This document shows positions 25,505 through 33,900 of a DNA stretch of 54,556 bases, one piece after another. Each line of letters starts with the position of its first letter. The stretch's first letter is position 1. Below the pieces are notes generated by a model that saw only the letters and a program-made list of their open reading frames with translations, ran no database searches and had not been told where the DNA came from. Origin of the DNA: an uncultured Coxiellaceae bacterium (lineage in GTDB: Bacteria; Pseudomonadota; Gammaproteobacteria; DSM-16500); NCBI GenBank assembly GCA_964533645.1, contig CAZHMQ010000001.1, forward strand, positions 1-54,556. The letters run 5' to 3'. A program made the position numbers and the translations under genes.

Positions 25505-25520
25505 GGACGCGGGTTCAATT
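25505..25520. repeat. attR core (exact 16-bp copy of the tmRNA T-arm segment)
   Basis: GGACGCGGGTTCAATT is identical to 26-41. Sequence similarity to tmRNA stops immediately after it. Confidence 0.75.
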
Positions 25521-25700
25521 GATTTTTCAGGAAGCGTTCAGATAAATCACACCACGCCATGCAAACACGATAACGATATAATAAGGAATCAGCGCCAAAT
25601 TACCCACTGTAACCACAGACACGAACCAGTATAAACCAAATCTTAGCCCATGGAACATCAAAAATTTTACAGTGCGTTATCTAATTTATGGAGAATAATA

Positions 25701-26474
25701 ATGACAACATTTAAAAAAACAATAGCAATAATAATATCTATTATTTTTTTCACTCCAAGAATTGCCTCACCCTCAAATGAATCCATTCATATCTATAACA
25801 ACATAGCGATAAAAAATATAAAAAATCAAATAATAATATATAAATCCCAATTTGTTTCTAACCCCATCCGATCTGATCTTCCAAAATTTCCGAAAATCAG
25901 TAATGTAATTACGTCAATTAAAATTGATGATTTGCATGTGCCGGAAGAAGCTTGTTTAGACATCGACGCAACACTTTGCACAGAATCACAATCAGGAAAC
26001 AGCAAATGTTTTGATAAATGCATAATTAGCGGTCCTGAATTTGTCGCTTATGACGAAAAAAGAGGAATTCTTTTTGTAGATGCTGAAACAGATGTATCTG
26101 GCACAGGAGGCACGCCTCAATTTTTGTTTTCAGTTGATTCAGTCAGCAAAAAGATCAACTATCTTAATACGATTATATCACCCTACACAGCTCATCTCTC
26201 GCCAAACGGTAATCACATTGCGATTGAAAGCGCTTGGAATGAGATTAGTGTAATTGATACAAGAACGGGAAATTTGACGGAAATACCAAATCAAATGAAA
26301 TCTCGGCAGGGGAAAAAATGTCCGCTGGAATTCGTTAGATGGATAAACAACAATGAATTACAATACAACGAAAGCAATTGCCACAATAGCTCGGGAAATC
26401 GAAAAGGTTACGCTATGAAATTAACTCTGCTTCCTCACGATGTTCATATACTTGGTTGCATCACTGATGAATAA
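25701..26474 (+). CDS. Secreted hypothetical protein, possibly beta-propeller-like
   Basis: The signal peptide is MTTFKKTIAIIISIIFFTPRIASP (start moved to M18, RBS GGAGA). A TolB/WD-like segment is LSPNGNHIAIESAWNEISVIDTRTGNLTEI. Confidence 0.6.
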   Translation: MTTFKKTIAIIISIIFFTPRIASPSNESIHIYNNIAIKNIKNQIIIYKSQFVSNPIRSDLPKFPKISNVITSIKIDDLHVPEEACLDIDATLCTESQSGNSKCFDKCIISGPEFVAYDEKRGILFVDAETDVSGTGGTPQFLFSVDSVSKKINYLNTIISPYTAHLSPNGNHIAIESAWNEISVIDTRTGNLTEIPNQMKSRQGKKCPLEFVRWINNNELQYNESNCHNSSGNRKGYAMKLTLLPHDVHILGCITDE

Positions 26475-27660
26475 GATTACTTCCAAAAGTATAATTTTAA
26501 TTACTGTTATTTTAATGGATTTGCTCGCTGGCATGGAGTTTGATCTCTTTGTGCCAAGCTTTCCTGAGATACAAACCCATTTTCATTTGTCGCCATTTTG
26601 GGTGGAATCTTTATTATCAGTTAATTTTTTAGGATATTGCATTAGCTTATTTATTGTTGGCGGTCTTGCTGATCGTTATGGGCGAAAACCAATCATATTC
26701 CTAGGTCTAATTACTTTTATTATTGGTAGTGCATGTTGTTTATGGGCATCATCCTATTTATTTCTTCTTGCAGGCAGATTTCTACAGGGCATAGGAATAG
26801 CATCGCCCGCTATTTTAAGTTTTCTAATTATTGCTGACTCTTACCCACTTAAACAACAACAGTTCTGGATGGCGATGTTAAATGGCACAAAAAATACTGC
26901 TGTTGCCGTTGCGCCAGTCATTGGCAGCTATATAACACTGTATTTCCATTGGCACGGAAATTTTACAGCCTTATTATTGCTAGGAATTTTAGTATTGGCG
27001 ATGACCGTTTTATTTATTCCTTACAAATTACCTGAGCATAAAGAAACTATTTCGTTTAGAGGATATATTCCATTATTCCAATCAGGCTCTTTAATGCTGT
27101 TGATGATCAATATTATTTTCATGTTTGTCCCTTATTGGATTTTTGTAGGAATGTCGCCTCTGCTATATATGAAAGATTTACACGTAAGTCTTGCGCATTT
27201 TGGTTATTATCAAGGCATGCTTGCACTGGTATTTGCAGTTGGCAGTGTATTATTCGGTTTAATCATGCATACATTTCCTCAAGAAAATATTTTACGCACA
27301 GCAAGTAAAATTTATATCGTCAGCTTGATCAGCATCGGCTTTATTACCATCACTAATAGCTTTAATCCTTTACTAATCACAATTGCATTTCTACCATTCA
27401 TTATTAGTCAGATCATACCCTCCAATATATTAGTCCCTATTTGCATGAATTTTATTCCACACGCAAAAGGTAAAATATCAGCCGTTCTTCAAGGATCGCA
27501 GCTTATATTCTCAGCACTGAGTGTTGCTCTCGCCGGATATTTTTATCAAGGATCCTTTCAAAATATTGGGATGATTATTTCTATTTTTATTTTGATGACA
27601 ATTATTACTCATTTTCTGGTTATCAAAAATCATAACCTTATAAAAAATTATCAAGCGTAA
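26467..27660 (+). CDS. MFS transporter, Bcr/CflA-like drug-efflux subfamily
   Basis: It is 12-TM-like, with motif A GGLADRYGRKPIIFLG. The start was moved to MNKITSK, which overlaps the upstream stop. Confidence 0.85.
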   Translation: MNKITSKSIILITVILMDLLAGMEFDLFVPSFPEIQTHFHLSPFWVESLLSVNFLGYCISLFIVGGLADRYGRKPIIFLGLITFIIGSACCLWASSYLFLLAGRFLQGIGIASPAILSFLIIADSYPLKQQQFWMAMLNGTKNTAVAVAPVIGSYITLYFHWHGNFTALLLLGILVLAMTVLFIPYKLPEHKETISFRGYIPLFQSGSLMLLMINIIFMFVPYWIFVGMSPLLYMKDLHVSLAHFGYYQGMLALVFAVGSVLFGLIMHTFPQENILRTASKIYIVSLISIGFITITNSFNPLLITIAFLPFIISQIIPSNILVPICMNFIPHAKGKISAVLQGSQLIFSALSVALAGYFYQGSFQNIGMIISIFILMTIITHFLVIKNHNLIKNYQA

Positions 27661-28108
27661 CTGGAACTATTTGTGATCTTTATAATCAGGGATTATTAAC
27701 TCCATTTGGCAAAGATGATAGTAATCTGTATGATGAGAAAGGACTATGGGATTCAGTAAAAGTTTATACTTTAGAAATGGATTTTGCGAAAATAAACACC
27801 TTATCAGAACCATTAAAAGAAGTAATTTTTGACGAATTAGCTGAAATTAACTTTGAAAAAGAATCTAATAAAACGTGTCATCCCTAGAAATAAAATTTCC
27901 TATTGTGTTGAATATTTTTCCCAAAAAAAATTACGGCCATTCCGTGAAATAGCGTCTCATTCCATCCTGACTTTCATCTGCCAATCTGCCTGCCATGACG
28001 ATTTCTCTTTTGATGCTTTACTTTATTCTAAATTGATTTATATTATGCTTAAATAAAAATTTAATATCAAAATAACTCGATAACTATTTGAATAAGCGAG
28101 GATCAAAA

Positions 28109-29821
28109 ATGCCATTTTCATTCCAACTTGAGGTGCAATTTAGGGAACTTGCAGATGCTGCAATCAAGAGAGTTAAGTTCAAGACTCCAGAAGATATTTT
28201 GCTTTTTTGCCGGGCTGCCGAAAAATTAATTTCTGGGGGTACCGCCAATCATTTACTTATACTTGACACGTTAGAATACGATGAAGACATTCATAACTTA
28301 CAAGAATTAATTGATAAAGGTTATGACACTTACGCAACAGACGACATAGTGAAGATGGTAAATCAAGTTAGTAGTTCGCGATTCCTCGGCAGTAATTATA
28401 TTGATGTTCCAACTTCCACTCCTACAAGAGAGTTATCACATAATAATTCGAACGAAGAAAAACAGAGAGAAATAAAAATTTCTAGAGAAGATAAAATATT
28501 TGAAGCAAAAGCTGAATTTAAAAAAATTATTATTAATCAGCTTAAAAGCAGACTTAATGAACTTTCTTCCATGAATAAAACGCAGCGAAATCAATATATT
28601 GAAAACCAACAAAGTAAACAAAGAGAACCAAAAGAAAATAAACAAATAATGGACGCAGCAGCATCGAGGCCTCGCTCTCTTGAATCACAGACAATCACTG
28701 AAATTGAAGAAGAATGGATGTTTCGAGAAACGCAGCGTTTTTCTAATGAAGCTCCGAATTCCAGCACTGCTAGTTTGTTTTCTAGCATTTTCAATGCGAA
28801 TCAACAATTTTCGCAAGGCAACCAATCAAGTATTTCAAGACGACTAGAACGCGGGATTAGGCAAGTAGAGGAAGCATTGAGAAGAGAAACATCATCGATG
28901 AGTGGTAACAATGAGAGAAGCGATGATGACGATTCTTTGATAGCCGGATTATTTTCTCCAGCAGATTATTTATACAGCTTTCATTTTGCCGATCCTAACC
29001 CTAGATATCCAATTTTTCCCGCTAGAATTCACATGCCAACCTCATCGGAGACCCAATCAGAATCATCGAATCATCCGCCATTAGAAAGAGCATTTGATGG
29101 TTTGTCAGATGATGAGCGGCTAGAGCGCGCAATTAATGCAGCAGAACAAATGTCCAGTATCGCGCCATCATTAACAATGGAGACTGGAACTGAAGGATGG
29201 GAAGGAAGAGCATCGAATCTGAATCCACCCTCTTCGCAGCTTCGAGAGCTACCTGACCTTGATTATGCTGCTACTGCGCTTCTGATAATTGTCATCGCAG
29301 GACTAATACTTCATTCACCAGAATCACAAGCCAGACTGGCAATTTTTGAAAATCTAGTTGTAAATAATCTGCCGCCTGAACTTAAAGATACCCCACTGTC
29401 AGCTGAAGACTATTTTTACTGGCATGATTTTCTGCCAAATTATTTAAATTTTGTAACCCACTCTGCATTTGCATTACGAGAACGATTACCACTTCAACAC
29501 CAACAACTTGAACATAATCGTTTTTTTCGTCTTTCTACGCCAACACCTTTGTTAATGTTTTCAAACAATCCATCACAACAAAGAAAATTAAATGCCTGGG
29601 AAGAACATGCCTTATTAAGTTATCAGGCAAGAGGTTTAACAGAGGCTATGCTACGTGATGCAAACAGTTATAAAGAAAAATTTACGCTTAATCATTATCT
29701 AGCTTTTGATCGTTTGGTTAGCGATGATGTACCGATTAATGATGCATTGCAAAGAGTTTCGCAGCTATCGCCTCATGAAGCTCGTAGTGCTCTTAATGAA
29801 TCCCCGAGACCAGGCCGCTGA
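28109..29821 (+). CDS. Large hypothetical protein, low-complexity and coiled-coil rich (effector-like)
   Basis: 570 aa with RBS GAGGAT. It has Ser/Asn/Gln/Glu-rich stretches (NNSNEEKQREIKISRE...; SSMSGNNERSDDDDS). No conserved catalytic motif was recognised. Confidence 0.6.
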   Translation: MPFSFQLEVQFRELADAAIKRVKFKTPEDILLFCRAAEKLISGGTANHLLILDTLEYDEDIHNLQELIDKGYDTYATDDIVKMVNQVSSSRFLGSNYIDVPTSTPTRELSHNNSNEEKQREIKISREDKIFEAKAEFKKIIINQLKSRLNELSSMNKTQRNQYIENQQSKQREPKENKQIMDAAASRPRSLESQTITEIEEEWMFRETQRFSNEAPNSSTASLFSSIFNANQQFSQGNQSSISRRLERGIRQVEEALRRETSSMSGNNERSDDDDSLIAGLFSPADYLYSFHFADPNPRYPIFPARIHMPTSSETQSESSNHPPLERAFDGLSDDERLERAINAAEQMSSIAPSLTMETGTEGWEGRASNLNPPSSQLRELPDLDYAATALLIIVIAGLILHSPESQARLAIFENLVVNNLPPELKDTPLSAEDYFYWHDFLPNYLNFVTHSAFALRERLPLQHQQLEHNRFFRLSTPTPLLMFSNNPSQQRKLNAWEEHALLSYQARGLTEAMLRDANSYKEKFTLNHYLAFDRLVSDDVPINDALQRVSQLSPHEARSALNESPRPGR

Positions 29822-29835
29822 GCCAGAATAAATAT

Positions 29836-29854
29836 ACCTCTCACTAATCATTTT
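29836..29854. repeat. 19-bp exact direct repeat, copy 1 (ACCTCTCACTAATCATTTT)
   Basis: Identical 19-mer to 33765-33783, in the same orientation. Confidence 0.8.
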
Positions 29855-29861
29855 AATGATG

Positions 29862-30470
29862 TCAGACACTATGATTTCGGAAAACAGTTAATTCTTGTGT
29901 TTGCCTCCAACGATTGTCATCATCAAAAGTCGCGGTTAGAAACTTAGCAGGCCATTTTGCAGGCCATCCTGAAGAAGACACCGGCTTTTTTCCCGGAGGC
30001 TGAACATCGGGTGTCTTTTTCATTTCGGCTTCTTCCCTCTTTTTTAAGCTAGCATACAAATCTTGGGCACTCTCTTTAAGTCGAGAAATTTCTGGAGGTA
30101 TAGGTTTCGGATCGGTTAGATCTATTGAGTAGAACATGCTGAGATCACAAAGGTACCATCCGAGTTCCGATATGTTCATTCCATGGATGTCATGTGTTTT
30201 GAAACGAATAAGCGATTGGACTTTTGCTATTCTTTTTTGATGCGCCTTGATTTCTTCTGGGTCATCTATGCCATTTGTATCAATCCGATTTAATTTATCG
30301 TATATCAAATGCAATTTGTCCGCAGAGATCGAATGATATGATGCATCTGCTTTGGCACAGATCACATACTCGTTCGTAAAAACGAACCCAAACTTTCCAC
30401 TATAAAACTGCTCATCATCAAGTTTGGCTTCTGGGCCAATGAGTCCTGCTTGTCGGTATCTTTCTCGCAT
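29862..30470 (-). CDS. Hypothetical protein (202 aa)
   Basis: The ORF has normal composition and a Pro/Lys-rich linker (KKTPDVQPPGKKPVSSSGWPAKWPAKF). No family was recognised. Confidence 0.5.
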   Translation of the reverse strand: MRERYRQAGLIGPEAKLDDEQFYSGKFGFVFTNEYVICAKADASYHSISADKLHLIYDKLNRIDTNGIDDPEEIKAHQKRIAKVQSLIRFKTHDIHGMNISELGWYLCDLSMFYSIDLTDPKPIPPEISRLKESAQDLYASLKKREEAEMKKTPDVQPPGKKPVSSSGWPAKWPAKFLTATFDDDNRWRQTQELTVFRNHSV

Positions 30471-30731
30471 ATAAAACCCCGATTTTTGAAAGAATTTAAA
30501 GAATAAAGGGAATCAGTATTAAAAAATCAGAGGATCAGTGTCAAGTACTAACATACTACTATTTAAAAGTTGAATTAAATTTTCATGATGAGTAAGAAAT
30601 TATAAATACAATTAAAGCTAATTTAAATAATTATTTTATGAGATATATTGGGTGTGAGTACTTGACACCTTTTCCCTTCTTGTTAGTGACAGAAATTCTT
30701 TTCTGTGATAGTGTGATAGCATTTAAATCAC

Positions 30732-30916
30732 TAGTACACTGTAAAGTAAGTTTTTCAGAGTGCGGCGCTCAGATTGCGAGATATTGAAACGTTTTCGATT
30801 GAGCAAAAACGCAGGCGTACTTGCTTTGTACGTCGAGTTTTTGCGATTGAGAAACGTTTCAAGATCGACGCAAGATGAGATGCCACACTCTGAAAAATTT
30901 ACTTTACAGTGTACTA
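30732..30916. repeat. 185-bp imperfect palindrome (foldback element; MITE-like or structured RNA locus)
   Basis: The terminal arms TAGTACACTGTAAAGTAAGTTTTTCAGAGTGCGGC and GCCACACTCTGAAAAATTTACTTTACAGTGTACTA are complementary at 33 of 35 positions. The inner arms are partly complementary (TTGAAACGTTT, GCAAAAAC, CGTAC). The centre is near 30824. Confidence 0.7.
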
Positions 30917-31008
30917 TAAAACATCGACCACTATTTCTAATCAGTAAACTAAAGTTATATTTGTTAAAACGCTGCCTGGCTTGACGACTTATTGGAAAAA
31001 TAATTATT

Positions 31009-32391
31009 ATGAAATTTTTTTATCATCCGTCGCCTATCGTGTACATTGCATTGATTACAGCGATCTCTAGTTTTTCCGGCTTATTGTTGGGATTTGATGC
31101 AGGCATTATTGGTGTGAGCAAAGATCAAGTAACTCGCTTATTTAATCTTTCTGATAGTCAATGGTCAATTATTGCAAGTGCAAGTATTTTAGGTGCATTC
31201 ATTAGTTTACCTATTTGCGGAAAGTTGAACCTTCATCTAGGCCCAAAAAATATATTAATATTTGTCGCACTTGGTTTTAGTTGCGGAATAATGCTAACCG
31301 CATTTTCACATGGAATGTATTCATTTTTAGTCGGTCGTTTTGTTATTGGAATATGCATTGGGATGGGATCTTTTATGGCACCTTTGTTTATTTCAGAAAT
31401 TTCACCACCTAAAATTCGCGGGTCATTATTACTAATGAATAGCATTGCACTGACAGCAGGACAATCTCTTTCATTTTTTGTGGGTTATCTTATTCATAAT
31501 ATCAGCATTGAAAGTTGGCGTTATCTTATTTTGGCAGGCCTAATTCCCTCTTCTATTTTATTATTAGGCATGCTCATTTCGCCAAATTCACCACGTTGGG
31601 TAGCTATAAAATATGGTATCAATGAATCGCGTGATATTTTAAAAAAAATCCGAGAAAATGAAACAATCATAATAAATGAATTAGCCGAAATAAATGAAAT
31701 ATTAAAGCAAACAAAACATTCTGCTTCTTTTTTTAAATTATTTTCTAAACATATTACGTGGATTGGAATCTTATTGGGAATTTTACAACAATTGAGCGGA
31801 ATCGCTATGATTTTATATTTTGGTCCTGTTGTTTTTCTTAAAATAGGATTCCACCCTATATCTCAATCTATTTTTGCTTCTTTTCTTATTAGCATTGTCA
31901 ATTTAATAACAACTATTATTGTCGCATTTTTAATAGATTATGTAGGAAGAAGACGTTTATTATTATTTGGTACATTAGTTTCAGTAATCAGTCTCACTGT
32001 TTCAGGAATTCTCTATAGCCAAGGAATAATATATTCATGGCTCATTTTTTGCTTTTTATCAGCTTATATTATAGGTTATTGCCTTAGTTTAGGTTCTTTA
32101 TTTTGGGTAATTATCGCAGAAATTTATCCTCTTAAAATTAGAGGATTAGCAATGAGTATTGCTGTAACTGCAGAAACTGGAGCAAGTCTTATTGTAACAT
32201 TGACTTTTTTAAAATTAGTTCAACAAGTTGATTTAGCCAATACATTTTGGATATATGCTGTCACGAATGCAATTTCATTCATCTTCATTTATTTTTATGT
32301 TCCAGAAACCAAAGGTGTTTCACTAGAACAAATTGAAAAAAATGTAAATAATAACATTCACCCACGCCACATAGGTCAAAATGAAGCATAA
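31009..32391 (+). CDS. MFS transporter, sugar-porter family
   Basis: It is 12-TM, with DYVGRRRLLLFG and the sugar-porter signature VPETKGVSLEQIE. It also has GRFVIGICIGMGS and PLFISEISPPKIRG. Confidence 0.88.
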   Translation: MKFFYHPSPIVYIALITAISSFSGLLLGFDAGIIGVSKDQVTRLFNLSDSQWSIIASASILGAFISLPICGKLNLHLGPKNILIFVALGFSCGIMLTAFSHGMYSFLVGRFVIGICIGMGSFMAPLFISEISPPKIRGSLLLMNSIALTAGQSLSFFVGYLIHNISIESWRYLILAGLIPSSILLLGMLISPNSPRWVAIKYGINESRDILKKIRENETIIINELAEINEILKQTKHSASFFKLFSKHITWIGILLGILQQLSGIAMILYFGPVVFLKIGFHPISQSIFASFLISIVNLITTIIVAFLIDYVGRRRLLLFGTLVSVISLTVSGILYSQGIIYSWLIFCFLSAYIIGYCLSLGSLFWVIIAEIYPLKIRGLAMSIAVTAETGASLIVTLTFLKLVQQVDLANTFWIYAVTNAISFIFIYFYVPETKGVSLEQIEKNVNNNIHPRHIGQNEA

Positions 32392-32558
32392 GTCTGCATT
32401 CGTAGATTTTCTTGCCTATGATTGTGGTGCATAAAATTAAATCCTAGATTATAATAAAATGACCACCCGCTAAGCAATCCCTCTTTACCTATGCCCAAGG
32501 CATATCTGTCTTAGTGATTATTATCCATTTTCATGCTTAAAGTTTGGAGAGAAAAATA

Positions 32559-33083
32559 ATGACCGACCTGTTTGAAATTAAACCTGCAACTGTTGATGAT
32601 ACCCCGCTTATTCTTTCCTTTATCAAAGAACTTGCTGAATATGAAAAATTACTGCATGAAGTAGTTGCAACAGAAGATATTTTAAAAGAAACACTATTTG
32701 GCAAACATCCACACGCCGAGGTCAGCATTGGTTACCTTAATCACGCCCCCGTTAGTTTCGCGCTATATTTCCATAACTTCTCAACTTTTCTGGGACGGCC
32801 TGGTATTTATCTGGAAGATTTATTTGTTAAACCTGAAGCACGCGGGAAAGGCATTGGCCAAAAAATGCTGGCTTATCTCGCCCACTTAGCAAAAAGCAGA
32901 AATTGTGGTCGCCTGGAATGGTGGGTCCTTGACTGGAATGAAACTGCGATCGGTTTTTATAAACGAATCGGCGCAAAAGCAATGGATGAATGGACAGTCT
33001 TTCGCGTAACCGAACAAGCACTTGATAATCTAGCCGCTTCGTGGGAAGACAAAAATGAAAAATTTATTGAGAAAAAAGCATGA
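32559..33083 (+). CDS. GNAT family N-acetyltransferase
   Basis: The acetyl-CoA motif is LFVKPEARGKGIGQKMLAYL. The start was moved to MTDLFEI (RBS GGAGAG). Confidence 0.85.
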   Translation: MTDLFEIKPATVDDTPLILSFIKELAEYEKLLHEVVATEDILKETLFGKHPHAEVSIGYLNHAPVSFALYFHNFSTFLGRPGIYLEDLFVKPEARGKGIGQKMLAYLAHLAKSRNCGRLEWWVLDWNETAIGFYKRIGAKAMDEWTVFRVTEQALDNLAASWEDKNEKFIEKKA

Positions 33084-33211
33084 CACAACACCACTTAACA
33101 AAAAAAATTAATTGTTATCCGATATCTCTACCATCCAATGCTAAATGTGATGTGATACTCATAAGCTCAGGTACATTCAATTTTTCTATAGGAAGCAAAA
33201 GCATTTTATTT

Positions 33212-33745
33212 TTAATGAGGTCTGAAAACTTTTTCTTCTGAGTCCAATTTATATAGTTTCAGCAAGCCTGCAGTGTTGCTATTTTTTTTTGGGTTCGTTT
33301 CCTTAAATTTACTCACTGCCTGACTTACTTTTTCGGTTGTAACGGAATGACTGTCCGTAATTTTTTTGAGTTCCTCAAGAAATGTTTTAGCTGCAGGTGA
33401 ATGGTAATTAAAGAAACCAGCAGAACTATTCAAAAGACATTTTGCAGAGATTTTTGTCATAAAATCTCGAGTAGATTTAATGGAAGGAGAAGGTAACGGA
33501 CAGTCGGATGGTAAACTCAAAAATGTAGCAACCAAATTCGCACAAGCAAGATCGATCTTATTAAAACACGAACCTTGCTGACGCCATGATTGAAGGATAA
33601 CAGAAAATGTTTGCTGGAGCTCAACTCCCTGATCATGGAATGCCTTAGCTTCAGCAGCAACTAACGCAGCAGAACGATCAGATGAGGCTGTGGATTCTTT
33701 TAAACCTTTAGGATTCGCGCCAAATGACAAAAGCAATGCCACCAT
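33212..33745 (-). pseudogene. Probable 5'-truncated remnant whose first residues look like the end of an ankyrin repeat
   Basis: The N-terminus (HNDTH)MVALLLSFGANPKG fits the ankyrin helix-2/loop consensus (V..LL..GAnpn). In-frame TAG and TGA lie immediately upstream. It lies directly downstream of the SET-domain ORF on the same strand. Confidence 0.4.
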
Positions 33746-33764
33746 ATGTGTATCATTATGTCGA

Positions 33765-33783
33765 ACCTCTCACTAATCATTTT
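33765..33783. repeat. 19-bp exact direct repeat, copy 2
   Basis: ACCTCTCACTAATCATTTT is identical to 29836-29854. It sits exactly at the truncation point of the ankyrin-tail ORF. Confidence 0.8.
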
Positions 33784-33900
33784 TAGGTATTATTAACATC
33801 CCATTGACCTGGCCATCTTGCTTGCCAAAAACACTTACATAAAAAACGAAAATTTAAGACGGGTTGAATTAGTAGTCGATAAATGCAAAAACTCATGTGT

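Larger units (their letters stand above)
26..25520. mobile_element. Composite (tandem) integrative genomic island at ssrA. The left end is in the tmRNA core and the right end is a 16-bp exact repeat of that core.
   Basis: The 16-bp exact direct repeat GGACGCGGGTTCAATT occurs at 26-41 and 25505-25520. An integrase sits next to the tmRNA. Internal degenerate att-like repeats lie at 19558-19650 and 24287-24390. An AlpA/primase module and defence-type cargo lie inside. Confidence 0.75.

Noticed and set aside
27672-27887. Open frame without a long ATG-ORF (…CDLYNQGLLTPFGKDDSNLYDEKGLWDSVKVYTLEMDFAKINTLSEPLKEVIFDELAEINFEKESNKTCHP), together with the overlapping listed ORF 27853-28056
   Set aside because: The protein-like composition suggests a C-terminal gene remnant, but there is no start, no family motif and no way to verify it. 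The 67-aa listed ORF has an implausible composition. Neither is reported as a feature.
30732-30916. Interpreting the long hairpin as a retron msr/msd locus
   Set aside because: No reverse transcriptase gene occurs anywhere in the window, and no conserved branching-G context was recognisable.
30760-30984. 74-aa ORF inside the 185-bp palindrome
   Set aside because: The reading frame is generated by the palindrome arms. It has no RBS and an Arg/Leu-rich, low-complexity translation.
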